Assembly (NCBI GenBank): GCA_030141605.1
Contig: JAQGDQ010001797.1
Span: 1 to 25,201, forward strand
Source of the DNA: Tubiluchus corallicola
Taxonomy: Eukaryota; Animalia; Priapulida
Length of the DNA stretch: 25,201 bases
Direction of reading: 5' to 3'
Below, one piece after another: positions 1 to 11,708 of the stretch. Below the pieces are notes generated by a model. That model was not told where the DNA came from and did no database searches. It saw only the letters and a list, made by a program, of their open reading frames with translations. The position numbers and the translations under genes are program-made. Positions within the stretch are counted from its first letter, which is position 1. Each line of letters starts with the position of its first letter.

Positions 1-24
1 GAGAGAGAGAGAAAGAGAGAGAGA

Positions 25-89
<65 letters not shown>

Positions 90-171
90 GGAGAGAGAGA
101 GTGAGAGAGAGAAAGAGTGTGTGTGAGAGAGAGAAGGGAGAGAGAGAGTGAGAGAGAAAAAGTGAGAGAGA

Positions 172-205
<34 letters not shown>
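1..205. repeat. (GA)n microsatellite with short (GT)n interruptions
   Basis: Directly visible dinucleotide run. Confidence 0.97.
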
Positions 206-1149
206 TTGATTTTGATTTAATTCTTTATTTCAAACATAAGTTCATAATATAAATTACATATATACAACATACATCATCATAAAAACAAAAAACCACTACA
301 AACAAATCACACACAAACTCAGTTAAACATGAAAATTACAATAATAGTCTCCACCATTGCTGTCTTATGTGCGATGTAAATTTGGCATCGCTTACTAAAA
401 TTTTCTGGCACATTAAATTATCACTAGTATCAAATCTTTTCATTAAACTTAACACAGATTTTCTACGTAATACATCAAAATACATCACGTGAATTTCAAC
501 ACTCATCTCACGAGCACTGTAATCATATGCATATCCGAAAAATAATCTTTTTGACACATTGTGCGCAATTTTAAGTTTTAAGATATTACCATTATTAAAA
601 TGTCTCCAAGTAGACATGCAATAGAATGTATTACAGTAAGCATTAAATAGATATCTTTTAACATCAACAGAACAATAGCTGAATTTTCTAATAAGTTGGT
701 TTGTACGACAATAGTATAGGGATCTTTGATTAATAATGTCAAGGTCATCTCGGTTATCATTTGAAATAATATGTCCCAAATATTTTTCATTATCACAGGT
801 ACGTAAAACATTATTATCTAGTTTGATGTTACCAAACACAAAATTTCTCATGATGTTTGAATTAACAGACATAAGTTTAGTTTTAGCTACATTAATTTTT
901 ATGTCATACTGTTCAGCATACAATTTATACACGTCTAGTAGTTGCTGTAGGGCCGTAATCGTTGTTGCTAACAAACAAACATCGTCAGCGTACATCAGGT
1001 GGTTCATAACCATGTTCGACACATTGCAACCAAGTTGGGTGGATGAAAGCTTAACACTTAGATCTTTAAAATAAAAATTAAAAAGAAATGGTGACATCTT
1101 GCCACCTTGGCGTACTCCATTTCCAATATTAAAAGTTGTAGACTGACTA
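206..1149 (-). mobile_element. 5'-truncated non-LTR retrotransposon (LINE), copy 1; probably RTE-X-like
   Basis: RT C-terminal half, then a 3' UTR with AATAAA and an AAATC-type end. Near-identical to 17271-18010. Flanked by GA tracts on both sides. Confidence 0.9.
336..1148 (-). pseudogene. Reverse transcriptase fragment (C-terminal part of LINE ORF)
   Basis: The frame is open upstream of the listed Met and reads NGVRQGGKMSPFLFN...HLMYADD...KYLGH. These are canonical non-LTR RT motifs (QG-SP, YADD, YLG). No N-terminal endonuclease is present. Confidence 0.9.
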
Positions 1150-1163
1150 GAGAGTGTGTGTGA

Positions 1164-1250
<87 letters not shown>
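1150..1250. repeat. (GA)n microsatellite
   Basis: Directly visible. Confidence 0.97.
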
Positions 1251-1257
<7 letters not shown>

Positions 1258-1301
1258 AACTCGACCTAGAAGTGAGGTAACAATTAACGCCATGTTGTAA
1301 T
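1251..1301. repeat. ~50-bp dispersed repeat abutting a GA tract (second copy at ~3255-3305)
   Basis: actgttaaactcgacctagaagtgaggtaacaattaacgccatgttgtaat vs actcttaaactcgagccagaagtgagataacaattaacgccattttgtaat. Confidence 0.8.
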
Positions 1302-1479
1302 GCAAAAAGTGCTATGGTTTGCTGTGTGACAATACAACGGCTTGTTGTACAATAGAAAATCTGTATTCGACATTTATTTGTATTTATATGGTAAGACAGC
1401 CCTCCTGTGGCACACTTGTATTCGATATGTAGGCTTACAATCTTCTTCTGCGCATGCGTGGCGTTTATATCTATGATGT

Positions 1480-1735
1480 TTTTATAGCTCAGCACATGAC
1501 AAGTTCATTATCAAGGATAAGCTGGACCAGCGGTGTCGTGACTTGATTTAACCTATGCATACACACATATTCTTCCTGAAGACAGTCGGTGTCTTTATAC
1601 TGACATTATACGCCAACGACAATGTGGCGTGTGAAACTGTCTGGAAGTCACAGTGGTCACCCATCCATCTACTTATCACATCCGTTGTTGCTTATTTATC
1701 GTAATGACTCACACACCATGCGTTTTAGTTATTCC
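1480..1735 (-). mobile_element. Degenerate 5S rRNA-derived SINE (SINE3-like)
   Basis: Minus strand reads taagcaacaacggatgtgataagtagatggatgggtgaccac, which resembles the 5S internal control region (TAAGCA...TAGTACTTGGATGGGAGACCGC). Boundaries are approximate. Confidence 0.55.
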
Positions 1736-2202
1736 TAGATTTTCAAAGGGCAAATATGCACTTATTGAAATATCAGGAAAAACCAGTGTAAGGACAAAAT
1801 CACGCAAGTTTAAAAAGTTTCCTTAAATAAAAAACTTCTTATCCCTAACGTTTAACGTGATCCTGTAGGAAAAACTGAAGAATCCAAATAGTTTTATTTA
1901 AAAAATTAGTCTTTTACGGTTTGGATCTACAGATGGTAAGACTTATATTTGTAAACAGAACAAGGGTGTCAATGAAATAACACAAGGGCAAGGCCCATTT
2001 TCCAAAATAATTTAGAATTATTGGAAACAATAACTGTGTTGCAGTTTATGTCTGCGAGGTTTACAGAAAAGTAGTTAAAAATAAATTTCAGCGAATTAAT
2101 TAAAAATTAGAAACTGCTATCCCAGGTAGCAATACTCGATATTGGTTTATTCATAGCAAGTTTGGATTATTTGTTATTGCTATAGAGTTATAAACTCATC
2201 CA

Positions 2203-2425
<223 letters not shown>

Positions 2426-3163
2426 AATTTGTGAACAATTACGGCACCGAGTGTGATAGATTGTTCGCCTAGATACTTTTTTTCTTAACCTTGTTAGAGG
2501 TACTGAATCCCGCAAGTTTCATACGTGCATTTACCAAGCCTTCCATAGTTGAAAAAAACGTAGATACATATATTTTATTAGTGCACAAAACGCACAAAAC
2601 GACCCATACAGCCATACATGAACCAACCATGCATTGCATTTTTTGCCATAAATTACGCAACAAATGTTAGAATTTGCCATAAATATTCATCAGTATCCTT
2701 CGGTTTCTTATAGTGAAACATTAAAAATGCCATAAAAGTATTGTGTATATGCCAAAAGTATATTAATGCATCTGCCAACCTGGTGAACGCCCACGCACAC
2801 CTCCGCCGAATCCCTGAGACTGACTAACCGAACCCCAGAAGTTAGATCGAATTCAGGTTACGAACTACTGGCCTAGAAGCTAAACTGCACGTAGTATACA
2901 ACTTTTTTAGTAGTCAATAACATATTTTCTCATTTTTTGTGTTAGAACTCACAGTTTTGTGTTGTGCTAAAACCGTGTTTTGCCATAGACTTTGCAGAAG
3001 TTGCAGAAGTTGTATAAGACAAGGCAAATAGGCACCCTGAGCAGTAGAGGCAAAAGGCGTGGCCAGTAGGCACCCTGATTAGCAAGACCCTGAGACACAA
3101 CACATGACCAGAGGGCAGCACTGGGCAGTAGAAGCATAAGTCGCCTGAGAAACAAAGCAATAC

Positions 3164-3254
<91 letters not shown>
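3164..3254. repeat. (GA)n microsatellite
   Basis: Directly visible. Confidence 0.97.
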
Positions 3255-3257
<3 letters not shown>

Positions 3258-3522
3258 CTTAAACTCGAGCCAGAAGTGAGATAACAATTAACGCCATTTT
3301 GTAATATTTTAGTGTTTGAAATGAAAACTTCTTGGTGTAAATTATTATAATGTGGGGCCTCGGGACGAGGGGCTTGGCTTATTACGTTGGGAAAATTATA
3401 GACAAGTAAGATCAACCAGCAAACAAAGAAGAGGGACATGCCACTATAACCATCATATTACAATTAACGGCATGGAAGGTGACGAAGACAGATGAAAAGA
3501 GAAACTCCACACATCCCAGTTT

Positions 3523-3820
3523 ATAATAATAATAATAATAATAATATTTAATAATAATAATAATAATTTTTATTTAAAGTCGGCTTTTGGGTCAACAATT
3601 AACATTAGCTCAAAGAGCTATTATCGCCAACTGTAAATGACAACCTACAACTACATAACAGAGACTATTATTACCCCACTTTTACCCTAAATACCACGCG
3701 TCGGGCAGGGCAACAGTAGGTACCGTTTTTAAAGTCTTTGGTATGACCCGGCCGCTGGTTCTAACTCAGGACTTCCCAGACTGAAAGCAGACGCATTACC
3801 ACTAGACTAAACCGTCTGGT
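3523..3820 (-). mobile_element. tRNA-derived SINE with (ATT)n tail
   Basis: The minus-strand head has an A-box-like tagtctagtgg and a B-box-like gttagaacc. It is followed by the body ggtcataccaaagactttaaaaacggtacc, of a type common in aquatic-animal SINEs, and an (ATT)n tail at 3523-3570. Confidence 0.75.
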
Positions 3821-3834
3821 TAACTCACTGAGTT

Positions 3835-4192
3835 TAAGTATCTGAGAGAGACACTAAGGATTAGATGGTGGGAGCGCGTGACGAATCTGGGGGTGCCAAA
3901 CAGGGCGCAAATGAATGCAGTCAGTGATGAACGCAGAAGGAGATGGAATTGGACTGGACATGCCCTATGAAGGGAAGACGAGAGTAACTGTGAAAAGACA
4001 TGGAATGGACACCGGAAGGAAGACGAGTGAGGGTAGACCGAGACAACACGGAGAAGGACAGTGGAGGCGGAGAGGAGTTATGGAGGCGCTGGTGTGAGGT
4101 CAAAGCAGCGGCAATTGACAGAAAGGTTTGGAGAAGGAGCGCACGGCCTTATGCGCCTCCTGGCGTGGAGGGAACTAAGTGCTGAGTAAATA
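3835..4192 (+). mobile_element. Degenerate 3' fragment of an RTE-clade LINE
   Basis: Frameshifted peptides YLRETLRIRWWERVTN / RRRRWNWTGHAL / WTPEGRR..GRPR..RRTVE / AAIDRKVWR match the RTE C-terminus. Short TAAG-like tail. Confidence 0.8.
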
Positions 4193-4693
4193 ATATCCAT
4201 AAAAATCCAACAACTTTGAGAATTGAAGCATAGAAGGACAAAACTAAAGAAATTCTACTTGTCCCACTAAAATCGTGAGTAGGCATACATTTTACTTAAG
4301 TTGCCATTCAAGGTAAATCTAGCTCAAAGTGTGTCAGGAGGCAAACTGCTGTCTTTGACACTGTAAGTGTCCACTTCACTTACTTATTGAAAGTTCATGT
4401 TGCATTACTACATGTAGTACACGCTTCGCCATAAACACTAGCACACCATCTCCTCGAATGAGTGAAGGTCACTAGTTGAATTGTTCTTTGAATTCAAACG
4501 GTTTCTCTTAGTCGATCAGGCAATAACTGTCGATGAAATTACCAAGGGAAACATCTACATAATATTGAACGCGATTAAATCCTATTCTGATGAATAGCAA
4601 GCAGTTTGTCTAAATTGATGTCGTCCGCTTTATTAAGTTGTCTCTCACTAGGAAGGGTTTTAGAATGATATAACTGTCCAGAAGAGGATCGAA

Positions 4694-4930
4694 CATAATT
4701 AAAGTGGGCGCACATCAACCCCCCCCCCCCCCCCGTTAGTTGGTTTAATAAGATGTTCTATGATGAAAAACTTCCAGAATTTAATGAAAAACAGCCCAGA
4801 ATTTAGAAGAAGATTTCGTGTATTTACCTCCAAGAAAAGAAAATTCCTCACCAAAAGGGAATCCAGCATAGTTAAAGTGGGCAAGCACATCAACCCCCCC
4901 CCTCCCCGTTAGTTGGTTTAATAAGATGTT
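4694..4930. repeat. Local direct duplication (~64 bp, period 173) containing C-runs
   Basis: cata-ttaaagtgggc..cacatcaa(C)n gttagttggtttaataagatgtt occurs at 4694-4757 and 4867-4930. Confidence 0.85.
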
Positions 4931-5832
4931 GTAGGGACATTTGTCATAGGAAATCTTGAAACTCACATGCGTGACTTTAGATAAAGAAATTTTAAAATTA
5001 TTAAAGGATTTGAAATTTTCATTTTTTACATCAGTGGTGGAGAATGAACAATGTGGTTTGAAAACGGCTAATATGGTTATATTGGTAATATTATAGTCTT
5101 ACTATTTTAGGATTTATTAAAATTTCATCTTGTAAAATTAATGCACAAGTAAAAAACGTACAGCGAAGATTTATAGGCATGTAGGCATGTAGCTCTTATA
5201 GCGCGGCTATAGTCACAAAATGAAGCATTTTATAAACAACTGTATACATGCGGTTTTGCAAAATTGTATATAGATCTATCTAATTTTGTACACTGTATGA
5301 AGAGTCTGCTGAATTGACAATAAGGTAAAAGAAATCACGATTTTTCAATATTTGTTTTTAAAGATGCATTATTGGTAGCGTTTACGAGGTGATTAAGCTG
5401 ATGAGTGGTTACGTGTACAGTTTGGAAATGATTCATTTAATTCTCAAAATTCTCACAAGAAAGTGTACATCTGTCCGCACCGTGATTCACTCGCTCTGAA
5501 AATGTCACCAGGAGATGTAAATCCGTTTTATTTGATATAATATCCATGCCGTGCCAATATCTTGTTTGTCTTTCTGCCAAGCACAAAGCTTGGAATATTA
5601 TTGTCTGCAGGAAAGTATTACCTCAGCTGCTCTAGGTAAATAGAACACACATCTTGCATGACACCTTTAATGAGAGAAATATGAAGGTAGACAGATGATA
5701 TATGCAGCCTGATGGTTTAAAAATATTGGCACATTTAAGATTTAAAACCTGTCATACGTGGCGATTGTCACAGAAGAAGTGCATCCTCACGTCGTGAAGT
5801 AGAAGATGAGAATAATCCAGGAATTAAGTTAA

Positions 5833-7290
5833 AGGAAGCCAGGATGATTTTTCATATACTACCCGATTTTCAAGTCTGATAAAAGTACACATTTTAACAC
5901 ACTTAATACTGCAAAAGCATTTTTGATAATTAAATAATTGATTAAAAACTTAATTAATGGCGGGCAGGCCTAACTATTAATGACATCACAAACTAACATA
6001 ATTTTCAACGCAAAAATATTCCATGAGCGTGTTGTACGTGTTTGCGAAAGCGAAAATTGAAGTACAGTGCTACTGTAAGCTATTCAGTGTGTTCTACTGA
6101 AACTAGGCAAGTTTTAAGATAAAAATTCAAATTTACTGTTGTGCTCGCGCATGAGCTGTCGAACGTGCGTCGTCGCAAACTAACACATCTGAACTGAGAG
6201 GTACAGCACTTGTTTTTTGTGCAGTGCGTTTCCGAAATGCAGGCGTTAGTTTCCGTCTAATTAGCGAATGGTGAAATGCATGTAACAGCGAAGAACTGGT
6301 GGCGCGAACATAAAATTGTGTTTGTGTGGTAACAATTCTTTCACGTAAGTCATTCTTTAAAAGAGTAGATTGTTTTGACCAACAGTTTAAGATTGGATCA
6401 GGTTTTGCTTCAAGAAACTTATTATGACGACCGGGACGATGCCGGTGATAATAATGGTGGTGATAAAACTAACGATGGTGATCGCGATGAATGTTGACGG
6501 TGATGAGTCTTGCGTTTATTATCGAGACTACCTGGACATTTTCGTTTGTAATTTATGAGAGCACCGAGCGCGAATAAATTAAAATATTTTCAACAACTAA
6601 CGTCGCCTTTAAGTTTTTTGTCTAAATTTTGCCCTGTTTTATTTATTAGGTCAACTGATAAAACTTGAAGAAGCATTTATAAATCTAGTACTTATAAAGC
6701 ACCCATTTTGTAAGTCTAGCACAAATGTAGGTTATAGGTGATCCAAAGGCAAATTTTAAAAGAAAACCGGATGATTGTGTAAACATTAGTTCAGAATAAA
6801 GAATGCTCTAAAATATTGAAAACTACAATAGCTTTTTTTAAATCAAAACTTAGATTAAATAATAATTACCTCGGATACACAAATTTCGTTAAACTTTCAA
6901 AGCTACGCGCGGCTCATTGAATCTACTAAGATTGGCAACGGCGCCTTTTTGTCACATTCGTGAGGCCGACAAATAGAAGGCGATACCGTGATAACCATGA
7001 TCATGAACAGCAGTGTTAGTCTCTGACGTCATATGACGTAGAGCCCATTTTCGTGACATCACGTGTTTAAGCAGTAACGTGCTTGATGCGCAAGCGAAGA
7101 CGCCTGCCATTGCACAAACTGTGGTTAGTTTCTGACGTAAGCAATAGCTGTGTTCGGTTGCCGTTAGTTAACTTTCTAAGCTAATTATTCAAATATAAGA
7201 AACAATTACTAATTTTTATAGTCAAGAAAACGTATATTTTGAAAAATAAATTAAAATGAGATTGAGTCTAAACAATCGTCTGGTTTTCCT
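5833..7290. mobile_element. Non-autonomous Kolobok-like DNA transposon
   Basis: TTAA at 5829-5832 and 7291-7294, AGG...CCT termini, and imperfect TIRs AGGAAGCCAGGATGATTTTT / (rc) AGGAAAACCAGACGATTGTTT. No long ORF. Confidence 0.65.
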
Positions 7291-7908
7291 TTAAGGTTTG
7301 CTTTGCCATATTAGCGTAATCAATGTAATTTATGTAAGCAATTTAATCGATCACATTTTGCCTCAAAGTTCTATAAAATTATTTTAACGTTTTAAATAGA
7401 TATGAAGTGTGACTTCTTAGTTTTTCTGGTCGTTGATTATGCAAGGTCTTAGTAGTGCCCTTGGAGATTAGTATGCTTTCATGTGTTTGCAGCTTTCGTG
7501 TAAAAAAAACTTTTGTTGTCTTACTGTAAGTAGTTATTATATGCATTGTTAAACTTATATTAAGTGTTATACTTTGTATACTTTATTGATAACAATTGAT
7601 TTTAAATTATTCGTAGTCGTAGTGTTTTACTAGAACGCCACATAATGCTTAATGCGCATGCGCACCCTTTAACAACTTGCATCAGTATGGATACTACAAT
7701 GCCGGTTCTGTTTAAATAAATGAAGATTATATATTTCGTGAATGTAATCATTAAATCCTCTTAAACAAAAGGACTCAGTAGTAAATTTTTATGACACATT
7801 TAAATGAAATACACGCATGCGCAGCGGAAACGGGCGTAACGTATTTAAATTGGAAAAAAATATTACGTAATAAACGTTTATCATTTTCAAGTTGTATCAA
7901 ATTGTTAA

Positions 7909-8361
7909 CCCTTTCATACCCGTTGTATCCCGTGGGGTACAAGAATATGTTCTGCCTTTAAAATTAATAAAATTTTAAAACTGACAGTTATTTGATCTGT
8001 TAATAGTTATTTTGATTTAAGCCAATAACAATAGACTAAAAATAGTGATAAAATGGCAGACTAGAAAATCTACACAACATAAAAACTGTGCAAGGTACAG
8101 TACTTTAGAGATGACTTTGTACAGATCAGCATAGCATGCATACATACTTAAATACTTTAAAAAATTATCAGCAGTTACAAAATGAAGCACATTCTATGCT
8201 TCCATTGAATCCCAATGTATCTCGTGGGATACCGGCTATATTTAGCACGCGGGCACAGGTAGAAAAAATAATTATTATGTGTAAACAAGATGGACACACT
8301 GAACAAAAGTACCAAGCCAAAACATTTTTTCTTATTAAAAAATAATTTGGGACTGAAAGGG
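7909..8361 (+). mobile_element. piggyBac-type MITE, copy A
   Basis: TTAA TSD (7905-7908, 8362-8365) and CCCTTTCA...TGAAAGGG TIRs. Internal palindromic GTATCYCGTGGG(G/A)TAC motifs. Inverted copy at 11709-12165. Confidence 0.9.
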
Positions 8362-8770
8362 TTAATGTAAATGGAAAAACTAACAAAATCCGAATTACGG
8401 TTTAATTCAATCACATAGAGTAAATTTGCACTAATGCACACCTTTATAAACATTCGCTTCATGGAAAGGCCCTGAATTAATTGGAAAATCGTGTTAAGAG
8501 GCACCAATAATTATTATGCAAATATCATCGCTGCTTTTTATAACGCAGCCATTTGACGCTGCAAATGTTTACGTTAATTTTCTGCCAATTTCATTTTATG
8601 TGAATTGCGTCAAGCTATAAATAAGATGTTAATTAAGCCAGTTATAGTCACGCAAATGTTGCCTTATTGTTTTTCAACTCAAAACGCTTTGTCGTAATTC
8701 AGCACCGCATAAAGCGGCAGAGAATTTATCTGATCGTGAGACATTAATTCCTCTCCATATGTTTGTCTGC

Positions 8771-9339
8771 GTTCTTCTTCTTCTTCCCAGCTTTTCCCTA
8801 TGCGGGGTCGCCGTTGTGAATGAGTCTTCTCCACGCATTCCTGTTGTTGACCATCTCTTCATTTATGTTCTTCTCTCTAAGGTCTCCATTAATACGTTCA
8901 ATCCATCTCCGCTTGGGTCGTCCTCTTCTTCTATTTCCCAGCACTTCCATTTCCATGACCTCCCTTCCCACATGATCTTCACCGACTCTTCTTTTCAGGT
9001 GTCCATACCATCGCAATCTTGCGAGGCTTCCATTACTTTTACTGTTCCTCTGATATTATTATTTCTAATTTCATCTCTTCTTGTTATTCCCACCATCCAT
9101 CTCAGCATCCTCATCTCCACCACATCCATTTTCTTCTCTTCGGTCTTCTTTAGAGGTGCTGCTTCCAGCCCATAGATTAGAGCGGGTCTGACCACTTCTT
9201 TGTGGATATCTCATTCATAGAAGGTTTCGGCGCAGTTTTTACAGGCGGATGCCCTTCCTGACCCTAACCCTCCCTATTTATCCGGGCTTGGGACCGGCAC
9301 TGAGTTGGGCTGGTTTGCCCCCCCCCCAGTGGCTAGGTT
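8771..9339 (-). mobile_element. Short internally deleted RTE retrotransposon with 5' twister ribozyme
   Basis: 13-bp TSD with one mismatch (tatgtttgtctgc 8758-8770; tatgttagtctgc 9340-9352) and a (GAA)n tail. The 3' part encodes the RTE C-terminus (VVRPALIYG..EMRMLRW..LRWYGHLKRR..RRRGRPKRRW..WRRLI). The 5' ~130 bp is a structured non-coding module. Confidence 0.9.
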
Positions 9340-9340
9340 T
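9263..9340 (-). ncRNA. Twister self-cleaving ribozyme core
   Basis: Minus strand: A^AA CCUA GCC [ACUGGG...CUCAGU P3] GC CGG U CCC AA GC CCG GAUAAA UAGG GA GGG UUAGG. P2 is CCUA/UAGG, P4 is CGG/CCG, and the pseudoknots are GC/GC and CCC/GGG. The core GCCGGUCCCAAGCCCGGAUAAA..GAGGG matches the rice twister as I recall it. P1 is incomplete. Confidence 0.85.
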
Positions 9341-9599
9341 ATGTTAGTCTGCATTACATATGCAAAAAAATTAATAAAATTAAAACTGGAAAGGTCGTTC
9401 TTCGTTATCTGTTTTTCAATGATACCCTCATTTGTACCACAGGCTGTACGCTATTTTCCACGGAAATCCAAGAAAACTTCAGAGCTCAAAATTAAGCAAA
9501 ATAAAGAAACTAATAGAAATATACTAATTAGTTAGAATCTTTCTAGTATGAGAGAACTAACATTAGAAATGGTGAATTCGTTGGCCAGCTTTGGATGAA

Positions 9600-9720
9600 C
9601 TTTGAGTAGCGTTGAGTATAGTGCCTAAGAAGTCTGCAATGTAAGTTGAAGCTTAGAAGGACCCGAGTTCAAATCCGGGCTGCATTCCTGTCTTTCAAGT
9701 TTGGTATCGAAATTTAAATA
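9600..9720 (+). mobile_element. Degenerate tRNA-like SINE head
   Basis: T-arm/B-box hairpin cccg-agttcaaatc-cggg at ~9662-9679. No complete cloverleaf. Confidence 0.45.
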
Positions 9721-10049
9721 AAATTTGTACTGTTATACAAAGGTTTGTAATATCACGATTTGTGAGAAAACTATCGCACGTTCCTTAGCTGTCGCAAATC
9801 TAAATAAACTAATAAATTAACTCTTAATTGACTGCTCCTGATTCTATAGTCAGGGACTACCATTGATTAATAGCATTATTAACCCAAAATGTTTTTATCA
9901 TTTCATAACAATTTTGACCTGTACTTCACATGTAAAATGTAAATGCAGTTTTTAGTTTAATCAAGATTGGCCTTATTTTGTTGCCCGCTAATTAAACTAC
10001 ATGTATATTCTTTTCTCTGGATTATATAGCAAATGTCACAATTTTAAAA

Positions 10050-10298
10050 TTACTAATGTTTCCTAAATTAAACTGATAACATTAATGCCCACCAGTGTCT
10101 AAAAAATCTTTTCACCTATATTCGGTAAAGGATAGCAGACTAGGTGACTTTATTGTCTTTTCGCTATCCTTTCTTTAGTTCTAGATCTATCTATACATTT
10201 TAAGCATTTTTCAAAACTTATTAGAGATTCTTCTATTAATCATGTTTTATTGTAGCATTATAAAGAGATAAATAAATTGAAATTGAATTGAATGGAAT
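10050..10298 (+). mobile_element. Probable decayed L2/CR1-type LINE 3' end
   Basis: AATAAA followed by a (TTGAA)n tail at ~10271-10298. Upstream coding similarity is not clear. Confidence 0.3.
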
Positions 10299-10719
10299 TA
10301 ACGAGTTAGTCCCTCTGCGCTACTGAATATTTTGAAATGCTTTTTTCATCTAACACGTGCTTAATTGATATTCTGTTATAAGCTAATTAAGTTTAGTAGG
10401 TATTTCTCTTGGGATTTTTACATGCAAAATACCTCTCTGACAATGATTATATGTTGAGTGAGCATTACAACGTGTTTACAAGAGTTTGATGATGATGATG
10501 AATGATAATTAATGTTTTATTTCAATATATATATTTACATAAATTGGCTTCTAGTTGCAGGCAAAGTTTAATTTAATTAAAACTACACAATCACATTGAT
10601 ACATTCATGGTACAATGTTAAATGTATGTATAGCTAATAAGATGTTACTCAGATTATTAAAAATTATAAGCAGAAACGATAACTGCGCAATATGCCAAAT
10701 CGTTAATTAACATAGAACT

Positions 10720-11240
10720 ACCTCAAAGTAGGAATTTCTGGACATTTGGGTCTTTTGTCTAGAACTAACAAAAAATTAAAAAATTCTCCTCTATCCAGCG
10801 GTAATGACCATATTTGTGCTTCTCACCACAAAGCTGATTTTAATAGTTTCGGCAATGTGACCAGAGCTACAAATAACTGGGACTTATTAATAAAAGAAAG
10901 TTTACCTATGTACCCTAATAAGCCTTCTCTTAATGTACAAAGCAGTTCAATATTATTTTCAAACACTTAGCTATTTGTTATTGTACCAATTTTCTTTTCT
11001 GCTTAATCATTACCTACTTGGCTTCTGTAAATACATAATTAGTGTTTAAGTTGCTGTATTAATTTCTTTACTGGTCTGTTTATTTATTACTTATTTTGCT
11101 TCTGTTAAATACTTAACAGTGCACAACAGGCTCTGCTTATATAAACTGGTTGTATGTTTGTAAATTTACCGCTGATTATGACAGCAGCAGCTAATCGAAA
11201 CGTTTGGCACGATTTTAACTTTCTAATGTAAAATTCGTTA
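10720..11240 (+). mobile_element. Penelope-like element fragment (GIY-YIG C-terminus plus 3' region)
   Basis: Peptide DHICASHH..FNSF...DLLIKESL...KPSLNVQSSSILF matches the PLE endonuclease tail. It is followed by an AT-rich UTR and a hammerhead-like ctga..cgaaacgtt motif. Confidence 0.65.
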
Positions 11241-11708
11241 ATACTTAGAAGGTTCAGAAATTGTGCGCACGATCTAACAACGACTTAATTCAACTTTCAT
11301 ATTTTACAAAGCAAAGATTCAGAAATGATAAAACCCGCGAAACCTTGAATATTTTATACCTCTCGCTCGTCCTTTGCAGAATAAAAAGTTCTTACCACGT
11401 CTATCATGCGAAAACCTTCAACACAGGTTTGCGTCAAAATACCTTTCGCTTTTTAATAATTAATAAAGTTATATCGATGCACTAGGTATTTCGTGCGGCG
11501 TACCTGGCTTAATCCTCTGCATGGAATCTATAATTCCTACTGTAGACCGAGCAATAATAGAAGTAAATGTAGTTACGTTAGAAAAACATGTAATTTTTTT
11601 TATAAACGTATTTTTATTTTATTGCTACATTTGGTATACAGTTGAAATATGTAATTCATAAACTTGTAATAGAAACTCTATGCTAAACCCAATAAAAATT
11701 ATATTTAA

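Noticed and set aside
1571-1648. Hammerhead-like CUGAAGA...GAAAC-U-GUC on the plus strand
   Set aside because: Stem II does not close properly (two separate hairpins), stem I needs a bulge at the cut site, and the region is better explained as a minus-strand 5S-derived SINE.
9263-9340. HDV-like ribozyme, as in other RTE 5' ends
   Set aside because: The nested double-pseudoknot order of HDV does not fit, whereas the twister consensus does.
9600-9720. Functional tRNA gene
   Set aside because: Only a T-arm/B-box is recognisable, with no acceptor stem or full cloverleaf.
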